A DNA stretch of 51,332 nucleotides, counting the filler, from Catajapyx aquilonaris (taxonomy: Eukaryota), in assembly GCA_000934665.2 (NCBI GenBank). It is 3 parts of 3 records of this genome, joined end to end, with 100 filler letters (N's around TTAATTAATTAA, not from the genome) between each part and the next. Parts side by side here need not be neighbours in the genome. Positions count along the whole stretch, not along the records: positions 34,071 to 51,332 come from KZ539637.1; 2 more parts are not named here. One strand, 5' to 3'. Shown here piece after piece: positions 47,004 to 51,332 of the stretch (positions within the stretch are counted from its first letter, which is position 1; every line of letters begins with the position of its first letter). The notes beneath the pieces were generated by a model. That model did no database searches. It was not told the DNA's origin and saw nothing but the letters and a program-made list of their open reading frames with translations. Both the position numbers and the translations under genes were made by a program.

Positions 47004-47193
47004 AGGTGAAGTGGGGTAAGTGCATACACGGGGTAAGTGCATACACGGGCCGCCATATTGGAATGAAAATGGCTGACGACACCAAAACGCGTCCGGGGAT
47101 GTTATGTGCAGCTACAGTCGTCAGCCATTTTCATTCGAATATGGCGGCCCGTGTATGCACTTACCCCGTGTATGCACTTACCCCACTTCACCT
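47004..47193. mobile_element. TA-flanked MITE with about 75-bp near-perfect TIRs containing tandem 17-mers
   Basis: TA|AGGTGAAGT(GGGGTAAGTGCATACAC)x2GGGCCGCCATATT...AATATGGCGGCCC(GTGTATGCACTTACCCC)x2ACTTCACCT|TA. Confidence 0.88.
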
Positions 47194-50100
47194 TACACAT
47201 TTTTAAAATGAATAGTGCTTACCTACCTTCATGTAGACGTTCCCATAATACTTGGCGGTGACACCTGAGAAGTCAACATTTTTTTAGAAAGTGCCTTGTT
47301 AAATTATTTAAATTGAAATTATTTATTAACAGTATTTTTTGGCTCGAACCTTCATGTCAATGGCTGTGGACACTGCTCCAAATATAACATCCAACCCGTT
47401 AAATGTCTGTTGTTTTGGCAGTGACTTCCCACCCCTTTTATACCAACCGCATTCAATGTTCTCATAATAGTTTGAACCGGGTATTGCTTTTTTTCCGCCT
47501 CTCCCTCCCTCCAACCCATCACCCTTCCAACTCCCAGTCCATAATTTTGCCGACCATGATATCACGTGGAACCGTGCATCCACGTACACGTCTCCGGGCC
47601 TTTGTGGGCCCTCTGGGACAATGTCATATGTGAGCCTTTGTCTGTCAATACTGGCTAGGGGGATACCAAAATGGCCTTCTCATTTTTCTTCCATTGGCCT
47701 CCCAAAAGGTTTCTCACGCCACCACCTTGTCCGTCTCCCTTTTGTCATACCAGATCCATAACGGTGCTACACACCTTACAAGCCACTACATCCAACCTAT
47801 ATAAATGTATGCCACCCCCCATTTTTGCTCACATGCACTGATTAAATTGCCAGCGGAATATAAATTACATGAAAAAAAGGTTCAATCTGGCGTAGTGTAC
47901 GAATGCTATGCTGGCAGACGAGCAGATGACGAGCGTTGGTACGAAAATGGCAATGTATCCTACTATAATAATCCCCGGTTGGCCCATTCAGGCCTTGGTT
48001 GGGGCTTGGGGCATCTTTCCCAATGACGAAGCTCATTCCCGTCCCAGCACACAGGTGATGGCGTAATTTGGGATGGCCACGTCCCTCAAACAAGTTGGGG
48101 GTCCCAAAAAGCCTCTGGGACAAGTGCTATTTTTTTTTACTAGCCTTGATCCATCCATATTTTTTTTCTCGACTTGGGCACCTATTCTGACAGAGTTTCA
48201 CGCCCTATGCCGGACTCTGAAACCGTGCAAATGTCCATGTCAAAGGGGTGAAAGTAGCATTTTTGCAGCTCGATGCACCTGATCCCTCAGAATATTGCTT
48301 GGTGTCTACCTGCAGGATCCTTTTCTTGTCGTAGTATTATGCTCGAGTGAAATCCTTTAAAAATGTGCGGGGCTTCAAAAGGCAACCCCCCCAACGGCTT
48401 ACAAATCCTAAGCGGAAGGGATGGGCATTTTTATGCATATAGAATATGTTTCAGGTGAAAGGAAGGTGCGGGCAGGTATCTCATGTTTCAGTAAGTAATT
48501 GGGCACTCAGGCTTTAACTTGGGCTTTAATGTGCAACTAGGGGAAATTTTCATCAAGTATAATTTTCTTCATCACTTAAGAGGGGAAAAAATTCTTTGCA
48601 ATTTGGAGCCTCTGGTATAGAAAGAGGTCAAAAGAGTTCATAGGGTTTGTAACATGATTGCAGAAGAGGTGTTTCCGGTTGACAGTTTTTCAAAGGGTTC
48701 ACGAATAGGTTCAGGTCATTCAAAGTGCACTGCCACAGCAAATTTTTTAACGAGCATGGGTATTTCAATTACGTTAGAAAATTATTCTATTCTCTGACAA
48801 AAACAGTAACAAAGCAGAAGCCTCAGTTTATACCTGTTGAAAATACTGTATAGTATGGCCAAATGCTTCTTTCCCTTATCGATTCTTTAAAAAAATGCCT
48901 GCAGGGCATAAAATATTAATGAAGTTATAGATCCCTATATGCCACTTTGTATTTTTCCAGTGACAGTGTCTAACCTTAGATGTCCGGTCGTGACTTGTTG
49001 ATTAATTTCCATTTTCCATTCTTACACACATTGTCGTTTGTTCCGCTATAATTTTTGGAAGTGTCCTCACCAGCTTAATTACAGTTATCTTTCACTGTAC
49101 TGTACATCACTCACATGCCACGCAACTTCTTCACGAATATTCCTCATGGTGAGTAGCAATAAAATCCTTTCATCACACGCCTGACTTCAACTCAGCCCAC
49201 CAAAAAGGTGCCCCATAATCCTATATAATCATAGTCGACACAATTGCACCCCTTTCCTGTCCACTTAAAAACAGCTTTCTATTACATGGGGGGAACCAGC
49301 GCACAGAGCACCTACTTACATGTCCAAATACCAACCACGCGCTAATAATTACCTAGGGCTGGACAACTCACAAAAGGGTTGCACCCGGGCCAACTTGGTC
49401 GGGCCCCCAAACCCCCCTAAAAAATGTAGCATCCCCCTCACCTCATCTAACAGGCACCAAGAACACAGCCTCATATTGATCATCGGCATGTAACAGGAAC
49501 AAAAGTCTTATTGCCCTGGAGCAAGAGTGCCAAAACACAGACGCCGTGCTCGGCATTAATTATGCAATTTAGGTGACAATAGGGCGCCTAGGAAGAATAT
49601 TGCGTGCTTTAGGAATAGGAGAGAGAGGGGGGGGGCTAGAGAGGGGTGTGAACATGCAGAAGTTCAAATTACTGCACCCCCCACCCCCCTCTACCTCCTT
49701 TGGGTGCAAAATAAATAACCCCGCCCGTTCTTTGCTTTCGGCGCACGAGGGGGGCACGAAAAATGCCCCTGACGCCAAGGGAAAGAGAGGAGGGGGGGAG
49801 GGGGTCTTCGGGGGGGCTTTTATTAGAAAATTGCGGGGCGATATTTCAAGCTCTCCTTTTCACCGGCGGAAGCCCTAATAGCTGGCTAAACAAAGCTGGG
49901 TGAGGAAGGGCGGCATAAAGCGCACTATTGCCAGGGCTGTACAGTAATGGGAACCACTCCCTAGCCCAAAGGAGAATAGCATACTTTGCCTATTTAACTC
50001 TCCAAGCACAAGCCAACCCCTGCTAGAAAAACCAAGTGAAAAATATACCATCCACTCTTCCTTCCAGACTTGTAACACCCCCCCTTCCTCTCGCACAAAA

Positions 50101-51332
50101 AGTCTTTCGTGTCACTTTTGTTGGTATTATCAGCCTATGAGCCAAGATAAATGAGGAGCCCTTGGATGGTCTTTGTGCTATGGGTTGTGAATCTTGTGTT
50201 GGCTTCAGCACAACCCCTGTGCAAAACCAGCCACAAATAATGCATTTTTCTACCAATCTGTGTGCCATTGTTGCAAAATGGAAACTTGCATATTGTCCGG
50301 AATTTTTAAGGTAAAAATTGCGTGGTATGACAGTAATGTTGTAATTATTTACATAGCAGCAACTGGCACAAATCAGATCTCATTATAATGTCAGTATCGA
50401 TTACTTCCGCTACAATGGGTCAAATATTCGTTCCCATTTTTATTCCTTCCCCTCAGAACCCTCGCACCCAACCCAACCTGTTCCTATTGTGACCAGGTGT
50501 GCTCAAGGGACGGTCCTTCTAAAGAATCTGAAAATGCCACGTTGCCATACTTCCAACCCGTATTTTTAATGCCCCCCCCCCCCCNAAAGCGGTCAGGAAT
50601 ACAGACCGTACCCGGTAGCCCCCTCGAAAAGAAACAAAAAAAAAAAAATCATAAACGGCTGCAATAAAATACGGTGCATACATACATCCAAGTGTGTTAC
50701 ACTTCATTAATAACAATTCTTGTCCCCTGCTGTCACCGGACATCAAAGGTCGATGGCAAACGACAAGCCGGTTTGTCACGGGGCGTGATTCGATAGAAAA
50801 AGGACTAGCAAATACCGCCTCGCAAATTAATTCCTCCAACAAGGAGGTGTAGCAGGGCAGCAATCAACATGAAAGGTATTAATTTACGAGTGTCTGTTTG
50901 TCACGCCAGCTGAGAAGGTCGTCATGGTCTGACGGACTTTGGTTTCAACATATGCTACCAATATGTAGGGGTCCGAGTGAATGTTGAAAAGCAGCACTGG
51001 AGTGCAGCTATGATGGGAATGGGATTAGTCGCTTGGTGAACTCCTCTCAATGGCATTTTCTCTCTCAAAAGGGATTGTGTCCTCCCACACGCCACCCCCA
51101 GCCCTATCGGGGAGACCCTTAAAAATATATATGTGCAGTGTTCATGTCGAAATCACTGTCAGAATGAGCATGAAATGGGAGGAACCTGAAGATACGCTGC
51201 ATCAAATTTTCATATTAATTCTTTATTTATAAACTTCACACCAGTATGTTGAACAAAATAATGTCAGCTCAGATCACTGTCGGTGTCAGGATTAGAAACC
51301 GGACAGTGTCACAAAACGTTTCATAAAAAAAA

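Overview
Eukaryotic, most likely insect/arthropod, genomic scaffold. It is three sequence blocks joined by two artificial 100-nt gap linkers (44N-TTAATTAATTAA-44N at 16965-17064 and 33971-34070). I can support one protein-coding gene: a FoxF/biniou forkhead transcription factor on the minus strand. I reconstruct it as three coding exons (30868-30212, 30135-29643, 22558-22443; 421 aa), including a 116-nt last exon 7 kb from the rest that the ORF track does not link to it. The first 17 kb is a TE graveyard. It holds a heavily decayed but colinear Ty3/Gypsy pol (PR-RT-RH-INT, minus, about 5150-8655) with nested insertions, a pogo-type DDE relic, many palindromic MITEs (Tc1/mariner-type and PIF/Harbinger-type) and tRNA-derived SINEs of at least four families. 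The FoxF flanks are gene-free, with GC/purine-rich blocks that may be regulatory, scattered MITEs/SINEs and a mariner transposase C-terminal fragment. I found no convincing new biological system. The best leads are an AUGA stop/start-overlapping uORF on the FoxF start codon, a 3' stem-loop tail shared by three unrelated SINE families, a tailless 60-nt SINE head with a perfect 15-bp TSD, and a very young Harbinger-type MITE in the probable FoxF 3' UTR. All family assignments come from reading motifs by eye; no database searches were run.
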